Origin: an uncultured Gemmatimonadaceae bacterium
GTDB taxonomy: Bacteria > Gemmatimonadota > Gemmatimonadetes > Gemmatimonadales > Gemmatimonadaceae
DNA: 64,000 bases
Direction of reading: 5' to 3'
NCBI GenBank assembly: GCA_963790305.1
Contig: CAWBOC010000010.1
Span: 256,001-320,000, forward strand
This document shows positions 20,443 to 30,355 of this stretch, piece after piece. Within the stretch, counting starts at the first letter, position 1; every line of letters begins with the position of its first letter. The notes beneath the pieces are model-generated. The model was not told the origin of the DNA, searched no databases, and worked only from the letters and a program-made list of their open reading frames with translations. Both the position numbers and the translations under genes were made by a program.

Positions 20443-21614
20443 GCCGGACTCCGGGACAGCCAGCACGCATAGAGTCGGGCGAAGTGCTGTGCCGGTGCGT
20501 GATAGTATTCGTCGGCACTCACGTCGAGCACGGTGGGGACCGGCCATCGATCGGCCATCCCCGCGTCCCGGCGCTCCCTGAACCTTCGAAACACGTCGAC
20601 TGCCGGTTTCTCACTCCCGTCCGCGCGCACGAGCCCGAACGTCCGCTCGCGTACGGCGGTGGCGAACGGCGGCCGATCGAACAGTGCTGCATCATAGTCT
20701 CCGTAACACCAGGCGTACGCTCCGGCCGCTCCGGTTCGCAGCAGCCGATCCAGGACAGCCTCGTAGTACGCGGCTCCCTCTTCTTCCGACGCGAGATACT
20801 GAGCCCGCGGCCGCCCCAGGAAGTCGTCGGTAATCGTGCGAGCCGCCGCCCCTGGAGGTGCAGTGCAGAGACCAAACTCCTGCATGAGGGTCGGCCGCCC
20901 CCGTCCCGAGAGACCTGTGGTGAGCGCGCAGGAGAAGGGAACGAGGTCCGGATCCAGAAATGATCGCGCGACGTCGGAGTAGAGGGGGTACGCATGCATT
21001 ACATCCTCGTCGCAGACGTCACCGAGATCGTCGACGCGCATGTTGTTCTGCGTGGTGAGCGACGGAAGGTGCGCGCCGATCTGAATCGGCGTACCCGGTG
21101 CCAGGCGCCTGATCGCGCTCGTGAGCCGCGATGCCCACTGAGCTCCCGCCTGCCGCGTGGGCGGACGCTGGGCATCGTCGATTTCGTTCGCGAGGTCGAA
21201 GGCGCGAATCGCGTCGTCCCCTGCGAGCGCCCGCACGCACGTCTCGACGAGGAGCACCTGGGAGTCGAGGACGCCCTCGTCCGCGTATAGGCTCCGCGTC
21301 TCCCCGCGTGCATCGAGCATCCATGCCGGCCACCAGATGCGCCCGCTCATGTTCAGGACGATGAGCGTCGGTACGATCGCGAGTCCGGCGTCTCTCGCGG
21401 ACCGGCTCACCGCGACCAGACGCTCCACCATCGGCATCGAGACGGTGCGTGGCCCTGGGAGAAAATCCTCCGTCAGGACAAACACTCGAACCACGTCGAA
21501 GCCCATGCTCGCGATGTGGGCCATGTCGTCGCGTACCTCGCCCAGATCGAGCTCGCGCCACATGTACATCGCGCGTCGGCGTGGCCAGTAGTTCACTCCG
21601 AGCTCGAAGGTCAC
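20439..21614 (-). CDS. Clan GH-A glycoside hydrolase (GH5-like, possibly beta-mannanase/mannosidase)
   Basis: GVNYWP, ANE acid/base, HAYP, QEFG nucleophile, AWCY. Confidence 0.82.
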   Translation of the reverse strand: MTFELGVNYWPRRRAMYMWRELDLGEVRDDMAHIASMGFDVVRVFVLTEDFLPGPRTVSMPMVERLVAVSRSARDAGLAIVPTLIVLNMSGRIWWPAWMLDARGETRSLYADEGVLDSQVLLVETCVRALAGDDAIRAFDLANEIDDAQRPPTRQAGAQWASRLTSAIRRLAPGTPIQIGAHLPSLTTQNNMRVDDLGDVCDEDVMHAYPLYSDVARSFLDPDLVPFSCALTTGLSGRGRPTLMQEFGLCTAPPGAAARTITDDFLGRPRAQYLASEEEGAAYYEAVLDRLLRTGAAGAYAWCYGDYDAALFDRPPFATAVRERTFGLVRADGSEKPAVDVFRRFRERRDAGMADRWPVPTVLDVSADEYYHAPAQHFARLYACWLSRSPA

Positions 21615-22675
21615 GGATGGGACAACTCTGCCATGATCTCGCCGAGCGACAGGTCGGCGGCGGCCGTGACCCCATCCGCGGCCCCATAGTAGATGCGTAC
21701 CAGATCTCCCTCTGCGAGAAGCCCGCAGGTGAAGACGACGCCGCCGAAGAAGCCTTCGCGTTCGTAGGGTGCCTCCGGGGTGAGGATGGGTTCGCGCGAC
21801 CGCCCGATCACCTGCGCTGGATCGTCCGCGTCGAGGAGCAGGGCACCGAGGGAGTACGTCATCGGCGATCTCGTGACGCCGTGGTAAATGGCGATCCAGC
21901 CGTCTCGATCGGCCGTCCTTACGCGAATCGGGACCGCGCCCCCCCCGATCTTGGCGTCATCCCAGCGGCCGTCGCGCGCCGATGCGACGAGTCGGTGCTC
22001 GCCCCAGGAGAGGAGGTCAGACGACGACGCCAGCCACATTGCCGGCCGGCCGATCCCTTCCGGCATGGGCCGGTGCAGCGCGATGTAGCGGCCGTCGATG
22101 CGATCGGGAAAGATCGTGACGTCGCGATTGTTAGGCGGAAAGATGATCCCGTGACGCTCGAACGTTACGAAATCGGTCGTGGACGCAAGTGCCGTCGCGA
22201 TGCCATGTGGCGACACGGCGGAATAGTTGATCCAGTACGTCCCATCGAGCAGGGTGATGCGGGGATCCTCGATCCCAAAGGACTCGTAGGGTGTGGCGGG
22301 AAACAGCGCGGGCACGGGATCCACCTCGAAGCGGATGCCGTCCGTCGAACGTGCCAGGCGCAGGTGCGAGATCGACGTGAGCCACGTGCACCCATCGACC
22401 GTTACCGTCCGAGGATCGCTCGCATCGACAGTCTTCTCGTCGCGACGCCACCGCTTGATCTCGAGACGGTCGGTCTCGGAATCGTACACAGGTGCCGTGA
22501 CCTCATGCGTCGACGCACCGCGCACGGCCTCGGCCACCCGCAGCAGCAGGAGGACATGGCCCCCGTGCCGTGTGACTGCCGGGTTGAAGACACCTACAAC
22601 GTCCAGATCCGGCCGCGAGGGTGAGACCATCGCGGGAGTCAGTATCGGATTCTGGGTCGCTCGGTGAGCGCGCAT
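21611..22675 (-). CDS. GH130 family glycoside phosphorylase
   Basis: NPIL, VFNPA, LTSISHLRLARS.DG, GIEDPRIT, FP..I.G.Y..LHRP, YHG, VVFTCG, YYGAAD. Confidence 0.93.
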   Translation of the reverse strand: MRAHRATQNPILTPAMVSPSRPDLDVVGVFNPAVTRHGGHVLLLLRVAEAVRGASTHEVTAPVYDSETDRLEIKRWRRDEKTVDASDPRTVTVDGCTWLTSISHLRLARSTDGIRFEVDPVPALFPATPYESFGIEDPRITLLDGTYWINYSAVSPHGIATALASTTDFVTFERHGIIFPPNNRDVTIFPDRIDGRYIALHRPMPEGIGRPAMWLASSSDLLSWGEHRLVASARDGRWDDAKIGGGAVPIRVRTADRDGWIAIYHGVTRSPMTYSLGALLLDADDPAQVIGRSREPILTPEAPYEREGFFGGVVFTCGLLAEGDLVRIYYGAADGVTAAADLSLGEIMAELSHP

Positions 22676-22802
22676 GGCACAAGGTGCTCACCGCCCTCCA
22701 CCTTGTGAAGGACCGGTGGGTTGTCCGATTGCGCACGCGAGGTATTTTCGAGCGGCTACGTTCCCACCGTGTAACCTCACACAGGCACAACGTGATTTCC
22801 TG

Positions 22803-24131
22803 ATGAGCAGCGCACTGCCGCGACGTTTTGGCGTCTGGGCTGCGCTGGCGATGATCATCGCCGAGGTCATGGGGGTCGGCATCTTCCTCACGCCAGCGTC
22901 AATGTCGCGCACCTTCGGCTCGACATCGTGGGTGCTCGCCGTGTGGGGGCTGGTGGGACTTCTGTCAGCCGCCGGTGCGCTGTGCTACGCGGAATTGGGC
23001 AGCCGTTTTCCCGAGGCGGGGGGCGGCTACGTCTACCTGCGTGAGGCCTTCGGGGAGCGGTGCGCGTTTGTCTACGGCTGGATGTCGCTCCTCGTCATGG
23101 ATCCGGGTCTTACCGCGGCGCTCGGCGTTGGACTCGCATCGTATCTGCTCGTCCTGCTTGGCGGATCGCCATCATCCGTGCCGGTGGTGGCGATTGCCTG
23201 CATCGTGGTGCTGGCGACCATATCGACGCTCGGGATCGAGAGCAGCGCACGTGTCCTGCGATGGACCGCGATCGCGAAGCTCGCGACGATCGGTCTGCTC
23301 ATCGTCGTCGTGCTCGTGCGTGGGAATTCGGCTGACCCTACCGTGGTGGCCGTCGATCGCGGAGTCCCAGCATTCCCGGCATTGGCCGGCGCGCTCATGG
23401 GTGCGTTCTTCGCGTTCGGGGGGTGGTGGGACCTTGGCAAGATGAGCGAAGAGATCGTCGAGCCGCGGCGAACACTCCCCGTCGCGCTCGTGGGAGGCGT
23501 GGTCATCGTGACGCTGGTGTACGCGGGCCTGAGCGTCGCGTTCACGCATGCGATGCAGGGCCGGCCGGTGCCCAGCGACGAGGCCTTCGTCGCATCGTTA
23601 GGCTCGGCGCTCTTTGGGGATGGGGCGGGGCAGGTGTTGGCCGGGGCGGTCGTGGTGGCCGTGGCCGGGAGCCTGGCGGCGGTGCTGCTCGGCGCGCCGC
23701 GCGTCTACCTTGCCATGGCGCGGAGCGGCGTCTTCCCCGCGTCGCTGGTTCGCTTTGATCTTCGACGACAATCGGCCCCACGTGCGACGCTCATCCAGGT
23801 CGTGCTGGCATGCCTGCTCGTGATGCTCGGCTCCTTCGACCAGATCCTGGGCTATTTCATCCCGGCGGCGGTGTTCTTTCTCGGACTCTCCGCCGCGGCG
23901 ATCCTGTTCCTCCCGAGACCAGCGGAGAGCCCGGGGATTTTCCGCGCGCCCTGGCACCCGCTGCCGATCATCGTGTTTCTCGTGCTCGTCGTGATCATGG
24001 TGGTGCTGTTCGCGGTGGGGCGGCCGGTCCAGACGGCGATCGGGGCCGCCGTCGTGACGCTCGGGATTCCGATATCGTTCCTCGTCGTCAAAACGCGCGG
24101 GCGGGCGAACGCCGTGTCGGCGCCTGAGTGA
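22803..24131 (+). CDS. APC family amino acid permease
   Basis: G.GIF..P, YAELGSRFPEAGGGYVYL, FAFGGW, many TM. Confidence 0.9.
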   Translation: MSSALPRRFGVWAALAMIIAEVMGVGIFLTPASMSRTFGSTSWVLAVWGLVGLLSAAGALCYAELGSRFPEAGGGYVYLREAFGERCAFVYGWMSLLVMDPGLTAALGVGLASYLLVLLGGSPSSVPVVAIACIVVLATISTLGIESSARVLRWTAIAKLATIGLLIVVVLVRGNSADPTVVAVDRGVPAFPALAGALMGAFFAFGGWWDLGKMSEEIVEPRRTLPVALVGGVVIVTLVYAGLSVAFTHAMQGRPVPSDEAFVASLGSALFGDGAGQVLAGAVVVAVAGSLAAVLLGAPRVYLAMARSGVFPASLVRFDLRRQSAPRATLIQVVLACLLVMLGSFDQILGYFIPAAVFFLGLSAAAILFLPRPAESPGIFRAPWHPLPIIVFLVLVVIMVVLFAVGRPVQTAIGAAVVTLGIPISFLVVKTRGRANAVSAPE

Positions 24132-24204
24132 GGACCATGCTCCTATCGCAAACGCTTTCAAAAGCACAGTGCGGGATGAGCCACAAGCCAAGGGGGAATA
24201 ACGG

Positions 24205-24774
24205 ATGACCTGGATCAAGACTGTCGAATTCGACGACACGGACCCCGCGCTGCGCCGCGCGATCGAGATGCAGCGCGCGCTCTATCCGGTGGAGTACGCG
24301 ACGCCGGTGCATCCGGTGGCGGGAGGGCAGACGTCGGGGATCGTCGCATCGCACAGTCTCATCCCCGATGCGCTCTATCACGCGTTTGCGACATTCGGTG
24401 TGCTAATGTCACCCGAGTTGCCGCTCACGCGCCGTCAGCACGAGATGATCACGACCATGGTCTCGGAGACGAACCGCTGTAAGTATTGAATCGACTCGCA
24501 CGCAGAGTTTCTGCGTCGGGTCACGCTCGATGAGGCATTCGTCGAGGCACTGCGTCAGGACTACAGGACCGCGCCGATCTCGGAGGCGGAGCGGGTGATG
24601 CTCGACTACGTCGTGCAGCTGACGAAGGACGCCACGCGCATTACGCCCGAGTATCACGAGCGGCTCCGTGGCGTGGGCTTCGATGATCGTGGAATCCTTC
24701 AGATCACGCTGATCGCGTCGTGGTTTAACTACATCAATCGCGTCGCGGACGCGCTGGGAGTGGGAAGGCAGTAG
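24205..24774 (+). CDS. AhpD/CMD-family peroxidase-related selenoprotein candidate (Sec95, CxxU)
   Basis: NRCKY-TGA-IDSH; frame stays open to TAG at 24772 with [17 protein letters not shown]-like hairpin follows the TGA. Confidence 0.88.
24493..24522 (+). promoter_or_regulatory. Bacterial SECIS-like hairpin
   Basis: GACTCG-c-ACGCAGA-[GTT]-TCTGCGT-CGGGTC; apical GU loop 17 nt after the UGA. Confidence 0.75.
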
Positions 24775-24927
24775 GGGTCAGGAGTCAGGGGTCAGGGATC
24801 AGGGGTCAGGGATCAGGGGTGGAAAGGGGCCGCCGCGCTTCGCGCGTGCGGCCCTCATCAGATGGGCGCGGCAGCTTCGCTGCCGCGCCTTACCACCCCT
24901 GATCCCTGACTCCTGACTCCTGACCCC
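24774..24927. repeat. Inverted GG(G/A)GTCA heptamer arrays enclosing a three-hairpin core
   Basis: Direct reading; homologous to 48214-48357. Confidence 0.9.
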
Positions 24928-24967
24928 TTCTTCACAAAGGCCGAGGCGGCCCCCAACTTCGTCCCGC

Positions 24968-26383
24968 ATGGAGAAGCCACGCCTCAGCTTCTGGCAGATG
25001 TTCAACATGAGCTTCGGATTCCTCGGCATTCAGTTCGGCTGGGGGCTGCAGCTCGCCAACATGTCGGCGGTGTACGAGCGGCTCGGCGCCCGGCCGGACG
25101 AGGTCCCGCTGCTCTGGCTCGCGGCGCCGGTCACCGGGCTGCTCGTGCAGCCCATCGTCGGCGCCCTCAGCGATCGCACGTGGGGGGCGCTCGGGCGCCG
25201 CCGCCCGTATTTCCTCACCGGGGCAATCCTCGCCTCCATCGCGCTCTTCATCATGCCGACGTCCACGACCCTGTGGATGGCGGCTTCGCTGCTCTGGATC
25301 CTCGACGCCTCCATCAACATCTCGATGGAGCCGTTCCGCGCCTTCGTCGCCGACAAGCTCAACACGAGTCAGCGGACCGCGGGCTTCGTCATGCAGTCGT
25401 TCTTCATCGGCGTCGGCGCGAGCCTCGCGAATGCGCTCCCGCTCGTGCTCAGCCGCCTCGGCGTCGAAGGGAATACCGCGAGCGGAATTCCCCTTTCCGT
25501 GAAGTACTCGTTCCAGGTCGGGGCGGCGGTATTCCTGTTCGCCGTCCTCTGGACGGTATTCACGACGACCGAGTTTCCGCCGGAAGACCCCGCGGCGTTC
25601 GATCGCGCGCGCCGCGACCGTCGTGGGCTCGGCAACCTCGTGCGCGAGATCGCGGAGTCCATTCGCGGGATGCCGCCTACCATGCGTCAGCTTGCCGTCG
25701 TCCAGTTTTTCACCTGGATGGGGCTCTTCTGCATGTGGCTCTTCTTCGTGCCGGCGACGGCGCGCCACGTGTTCGGCGCTACCGACACGCAGTCGGCCGT
25801 CTACACGCAGGGGATGGAGTGGGGCGGGGCCGTGTTCGCGTTCTACTCGATTACCTGCTTCATCGTCGCGCTCGCGCTTCCGAAGCTCGCCGCGCTCACC
25901 AGCCGCAAGACCGTCCATGCGTTCGCGCTCGTGTGCGGCGCGGTGGGCCTGCTCTCCGTCTACGTCATTCACGATCGGTATCTCCTCATCCTCAGCATGG
26001 TCGGCGTCGGGATCGCGTGGGCATCCATCCTCTCCATGCCGTACGCCATCCTGTCTACGGCGCTGCCGGCGAGCCGCATGGGCGTGTACATGGGCGTGTT
26101 CAACTTCTTCATCGTCATTCCCGAGATCATTGCCGCGTTAGGCTTCGGCCCCTTGATCCGCACCGTGTTCGGGGAGAACAATGCGCAGGCGCCGCTCTAC
26201 ATCGTCATGCTGGGCGGCGTGTTTCTGTTGACGGCGGCGGCGTGCGTGTCGTTCGTGCGGGACGTGGGCGAACGGAACGTGCCGGAGGGCGACGTCATCA
26301 GAGCCGACGCGCAGGAGCATCTGCTCGCGCAGCCTGGAGTTCAGCCCGTGCCGAGTAGCGGGCTCGTCGACGAGTCTCGATGA
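24968..26383 (+). CDS. MFS sugar transporter (maltose/sucrose GPH-like)
   Basis: [45 protein letters not shown]. Confidence 0.92.
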   Translation: MEKPRLSFWQMFNMSFGFLGIQFGWGLQLANMSAVYERLGARPDEVPLLWLAAPVTGLLVQPIVGALSDRTWGALGRRRPYFLTGAILASIALFIMPTSTTLWMAASLLWILDASINISMEPFRAFVADKLNTSQRTAGFVMQSFFIGVGASLANALPLVLSRLGVEGNTASGIPLSVKYSFQVGAAVFLFAVLWTVFTTTEFPPEDPAAFDRARRDRRGLGNLVREIAESIRGMPPTMRQLAVVQFFTWMGLFCMWLFFVPATARHVFGATDTQSAVYTQGMEWGGAVFAFYSITCFIVALALPKLAALTSRKTVHAFALVCGAVGLLSVYVIHDRYLLILSMVGVGIAWASILSMPYAILSTALPASRMGVYMGVFNFFIVIPEIIAALGFGPLIRTVFGENNAQAPLYIVMLGGVFLLTAAACVSFVRDVGERNVPEGDVIRADAQEHLLAQPGVQPVPSSGLVDESR

Positions 26384-29300
26384 TCGCTCGCCTCCTCGCG
26401 CAGGTCGTCGCGCTGACGCTCATTGTCGCCGCGGCACTTCCAGCACAGTCGACCGGGTCGCTCGCCGGTCACGTTCGCGACGACGACGGAGCTCCCGTTT
26501 CCGGTGCCGTCGTCACCGCGACCCGCTCCGACGGATCCATCGTCCGGCGTGACGTCTCCGGCATCGACGGGCGCTATCGCCTCGGTCTGCTGCCGCCCGG
26601 GGATTACACGTTGGTCGGCCGCCGCCTCGGCTTCCGCCCGTCCTCGCAGGAGGGCATCGCCATCGCATCGGGCGCGTCGGTCGAAGTCGACATCGTGATG
26701 CGCGACGCACCCACCGCGCTCGAGACGGTGGTCGTCGGCGCGGCGCCGAACGCCATCGATCAGGAGGACACGCGGTTCGGCACGCGCATCGACGAGGCGG
26801 AGCTGTCAGCGTTGCCACTCGGCTACGACTTCACCTCGATCATCGCGTTCACGCCCGGCGCGCGCCCCGATCAGGTGTGGGGCGGCGCGACCGAGCAGGC
26901 GAATAGCTACGTCGTCGATGGCGTGGCGCTCAATCACCCTGGCGTCGGCGGCGCGCTCATCCCGCTCAACCCGAGCTGGCTCGAGGAGCTCGAAGTCACC
27001 GGCCTCGCCGCGGGCGCCGAGTACGGCAACTTCCAGGGTGGGCTCATTCGGGCGGTGACGAAGTCGGGGTCCAATACGCGAACGGGGCTCCTTCGCGTCA
27101 ACGGCGAGACGGACCGTCTCAACAGCACCAACATTGGCTCCACGGAAATCAGTGCCGAGCTGGCGGGACGTCGCGAGGTGGAGGGCGAGCTTCGCGGGCC
27201 GCTCGTTCGCGATCGGCTCTTCTATTATCTCGCCGGCCAGCTGGTGCAGCGCGAGCTTCGCGTGCTCGATCATTTGGGAAACACGAGCGTGGCGGGACGT
27301 TTTCTTCCAACGCTCGGGACTCACGACGAGCGCAAGCTCTTCGGCAAGCTCACGTGGCAAGCCAGCCCCCGCGACGTCGTCGACGCATCGCTTGGCCTCG
27401 TCGATCTGGAGGCCGAGCAGTATGCGCAGACGGGCTTCGAGACGTCCGAGGCGGGCACGCGGCTGAGCGCGCCGACGCTGTTCGGCCTGCTCTCATGGCG
27501 GCGCTCGTGGGGAGCGCGGGCCCTTCTCGATATTCGAGTGGCGCGTCTCGATGGCGATGAGCGTCGCGACCCGTACGGCGGCACCACCGTGGCCGGAATG
27601 CGAACGTGGGAGATCGGCGGAGATCGGTCGTATCACAACGCGACGTTTCGCGACCGGTTCGCGCCGCTGACGACCGCCATCTCGGCGGACGCGAACATTT
27701 TCTCGTCGGGCGGCGGTACCGTCCGGCACTACTGGAAGGCCGGCATCGAGCTCTCGAAGTCGCGATATGTGCACCAGCATGTGCGCAACGGCGGCATGAC
27801 CTGGCGACCGGCCGCGCCCGACCGACCGACGTTCAATGCAGCGCTGCCGGCGACCTGGCCGGAGAGCCGCATCATTCCGGTGAGCACAGGTGGTGAGGTG
27901 CGGCTCGACGCCGACATCGAGAATGGCGCCATCTATCTCCAGGATCGCCTGGAGCTCGGGCGACGGGTGAGTCTGTTGTTAGGCGCGCGGCATGGGTGGT
28001 GGTACGGGGCGCTCCGGCCCCAGGGCGAGCGACAGGATCGGCTCGAGGCCGTTCGCGACTTCGCGACCGAGCCGCGCGTCGGCGCGATCGTCGATCTGAC
28101 GGGCAACGGACGCTTCGTGGCCAAGGTGCATTGGGGGCGCTACCACCAGCACCTCTTCGCACAGTTTTTCGACCGCGTCGAAGGCGGTGGCGTCTTCACC
28201 AACGATCAGTTCTGGTATTACACCGGCGCGACGCCGAGTAATCCGCGCGCGACATTCACCGAGGCGCAGCGCGACTCTCTCGTCGACGCCGGACAGCTCA
28301 CGCTGATGGACGAAATCCGGCTCAACGAGGAAGGCGCCGTCTTCAACTACCGTCAGCCGTACATCGATCAGGTCGTCGTCGGGCTGGAACGTTCCATCGG
28401 GTCGCGATGGAAGGCGGAAGCGGTGTACGTCGGCCGTCGCAATCGGCGGCTCGTCGCGCTGGTGGACCGGAACCTCGAGTCGAACTACACCGCATTCACC
28501 GATCTGCGCGTCACCAATCGCTTCGGCGGCGTGATTCGCGATCACAATGGGCAGCCGCTGGTACTCCCCGTCGTGTATCTCCCGAACGACGCGCTGGTCC
28601 GTCGAATCCTGGAGACGGTCCGGCCCGGTGCGCCGGCGCTGCCGAACTATCGGTTTGCCGACATTCCCGCGCTGACGTGGAACCCGGTGTACCAGATCAC
28701 GACCGCTCCGGGGGCGCAGCGGGTGTTCGATCAGGGCCAGCTCATCGTCTCCGGGCGGTTCCCCCTCTGGTCGGTGACCGGCTCGCTGGCGCTGACGCGG
28801 CTCGAGGGCAACCTGTTCAGCGTCACTGGGTATGACGATCCCGCCGGTCATGGGGCGGGCCCCTTCGTCCGCCCTAACGAGTCCATTCTCGGATTCGGCC
28901 GGCTCGGAAACTCCGCCGAGATCGAGGCCAAGCTGCGCGTGACCGGAGCGCTCCCATTCGGCTTCCGCGGCGGCGCTTTTGTCACCGCCATGCGGGGCGA
29001 CGCGTTTGCCCCAACGTTCACGCTCAACGGACTGTTGTTCAACTTCGACCTCAATGACTCGACGGCGATCCGCGCCGACACGTCGCGCATCGACTACACG
29101 GTGTTCCGTCCAGTCTCGGGGCAGCGCGTGTTTCTGGAAGAGCGGGGCAGTCGCACCTATCCGGATCGCGTGACACTCGATCTCCACCTGGAGCGAGGCT
29201 TCCACCTGGGCCGCGCCGAGTGGGTGCTCTCGCTCGATGGCTTCAACGTGCTCGGCAACAGCGCGATCACCGAGGCCAACATCGCGATCGATTCACAGAG

Positions 29301-29388
29301 CGACCCCAACGCGACGGGTAGCTTCGCGTCGGCACGGGCGAGAGTGGCGCCGAGGACGATTAGGATCGGGAGCGCGGTGAGATTCTAG
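26380..29388 (+). CDS. TonB-dependent receptor (Oar-like, N-terminal carboxypeptidase-regulatory-like domain)
   Basis: Signal peptide, G.V.D..GAPV.GA.V, AEYGNFQGG..VTKSGSN, C-terminal F. Confidence 0.88.
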   Translation: MIARLLAQVVALTLIVAAALPAQSTGSLAGHVRDDDGAPVSGAVVTATRSDGSIVRRDVSGIDGRYRLGLLPPGDYTLVGRRLGFRPSSQEGIAIASGASVEVDIVMRDAPTALETVVVGAAPNAIDQEDTRFGTRIDEAELSALPLGYDFTSIIAFTPGARPDQVWGGATEQANSYVVDGVALNHPGVGGALIPLNPSWLEELEVTGLAAGAEYGNFQGGLIRAVTKSGSNTRTGLLRVNGETDRLNSTNIGSTEISAELAGRREVEGELRGPLVRDRLFYYLAGQLVQRELRVLDHLGNTSVAGRFLPTLGTHDERKLFGKLTWQASPRDVVDASLGLVDLEAEQYAQTGFETSEAGTRLSAPTLFGLLSWRRSWGARALLDIRVARLDGDERRDPYGGTTVAGMRTWEIGGDRSYHNATFRDRFAPLTTAISADANIFSSGGGTVRHYWKAGIELSKSRYVHQHVRNGGMTWRPAAPDRPTFNAALPATWPESRIIPVSTGGEVRLDADIENGAIYLQDRLELGRRVSLLLGARHGWWYGALRPQGERQDRLEAVRDFATEPRVGAIVDLTGNGRFVAKVHWGRYHQHLFAQFFDRVEGGGVFTNDQFWYYTGATPSNPRATFTEAQRDSLVDAGQLTLMDEIRLNEEGAVFNYRQPYIDQVVVGLERSIGSRWKAEAVYVGRRNRRLVALVDRNLESNYTAFTDLRVTNRFGGVIRDHNGQPLVLPVVYLPNDALVRRILETVRPGAPALPNYRFADIPALTWNPVYQITTAPGAQRVFDQGQLIVSGRFPLWSVTGSLALTRLEGNLFSVTGYDDPAGHGAGPFVRPNESILGFGRLGNSAEIEAKLRVTGALPFGFRGGAFVTAMRGDAFAPTFTLNGLLFNFDLNDSTAIRADTSRIDYTVFRPVSGQRVFLEERGSRTYPDRVTLDLHLERGFHLGRAEWVLSLDGFNVLGNSAITEANIAIDSQSDPNATGSFASARARVAPRTIRIGSAVRF

Positions 29389-29475
29389 GTTGTCGAGGTC
29401 GTCGAGGTCGTCGAGGTGATCAAGGTGAAGTCCCCTCGATCACCTCGACCACCTCGACAGCCTCGCCCACCTCTA
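29386..29475. repeat. Inverted nonamer array (GTCGAGGTN) between convergent genes
   Basis: Bounded by the two TAG stop codons. Confidence 0.85.
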
Positions 29476-30345
29476 GACTCTACAGATTCTCACCGCCTCC
29501 TCGAGCGAGGCTCGGGGATCCCGCGTCGGGATGAACTCCTGCGCGACGTAGCCGGTGAAGCCGGTGGCCGCGATCGCGCGCATGATCGCCGGGTAATTCA
29601 GCTCCTGGGACGCGTCGATCTCGTGGCGTCCGGGGACGCCGGCGGTGTGATAGTGCCCGATGTACTGGTGGTTGTCCCGGATCGTGCGGATCACGTCGCC
29701 TTCCATGATCTGCATGTGGTAGATGTCGTAGAGCAGCTTGAACCGTTCCGACCCGAGCCGCTTCACGAGCGCGACGCCCCATGGCGTGCGATCACACTGG
29801 TAGTCGGGGTGGTCCACCTTCGAGTTGAGCAGCTCCATGCAGATCGTCACCCCATGTCGCTCCGCGGCAGGGAGGAGCGCCTCGAGCCCGCGCGCGCAGG
29901 TCGCGAGCCCTTCGTCGTCATCCTGACCATCGCGGTTTCCGGAGAAGCAGATGAGATTCGGAATCCGCGACGCGGCCGCGAGCGGAATCGCGCGCTCATA
30001 GGCCGGCACGAGCCACGCGTGATGCTCCACGCGATTGAATCCGCGAGTCAGCCGCGTGCGTGGCTCGGGCACGGGCGCGTATCCCATCGCGCAGCTCAGC
30101 CCGTGGCTGCGGGCGATCGGCCACTCGTCACGCTCGAGCAGCTCGACGGAGTCCATTTTCAGCTCGCGCGCCATGCGCGCCAGCTCGTCGACGGAGAGCT
30201 TTCCATAGGGCCACCGACAAACGGAATGCTTGAACGCCGCCGCTCGCGCGCCCGGGTCAGGAACGTCGGCGCGCACGGATCTCGCGCCCACGACGGCGGC
30301 GGCGCCAGCGCCAACTCCCGTTGCGAGGAACCGCCGCCGGTTCAT
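29473..30345 (-). CDS. Hydroxypyruvate isomerase / xylose-isomerase-like TIM barrel with Tat signal
   Basis: NRRRFL; ELLN, LLYDIYHMQIMEGD, HYHTAGVPGRHE, QEF. Confidence 0.9.
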   Translation of the reverse strand: MNRRRFLATGVGAGAAAVVGARSVRADVPDPGARAAAFKHSVCRWPYGKLSVDELARMARELKMDSVELLERDEWPIARSHGLSCAMGYAPVPEPRTRLTRGFNRVEHHAWLVPAYERAIPLAAASRIPNLICFSGNRDGQDDDEGLATCARGLEALLPAAERHGVTICMELLNSKVDHPDYQCDRTPWGVALVKRLGSERFKLLYDIYHMQIMEGDVIRTIRDNHQYIGHYHTAGVPGRHEIDASQELNYPAIMRAIAATGFTGYVAQEFIPTRDPRASLEEAVRICRV

Positions 30346-30355
30346 GATGGCCGGA

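Noticed and set aside
24205..24489. Stand-alone 94-aa protein or nonsense pseudogene
   Set aside because: The stop falls on the catalytic Cys position, the downstream frame is intact and a SECIS-like hairpin is present
24774..24927. tRNA or tRNA-Sec next to the selenoprotein
   Set aside because: Multi-stem but lacks a T-loop GTTC consensus, a UCA anticodon arm and a CCA end; it belongs to a repeat family
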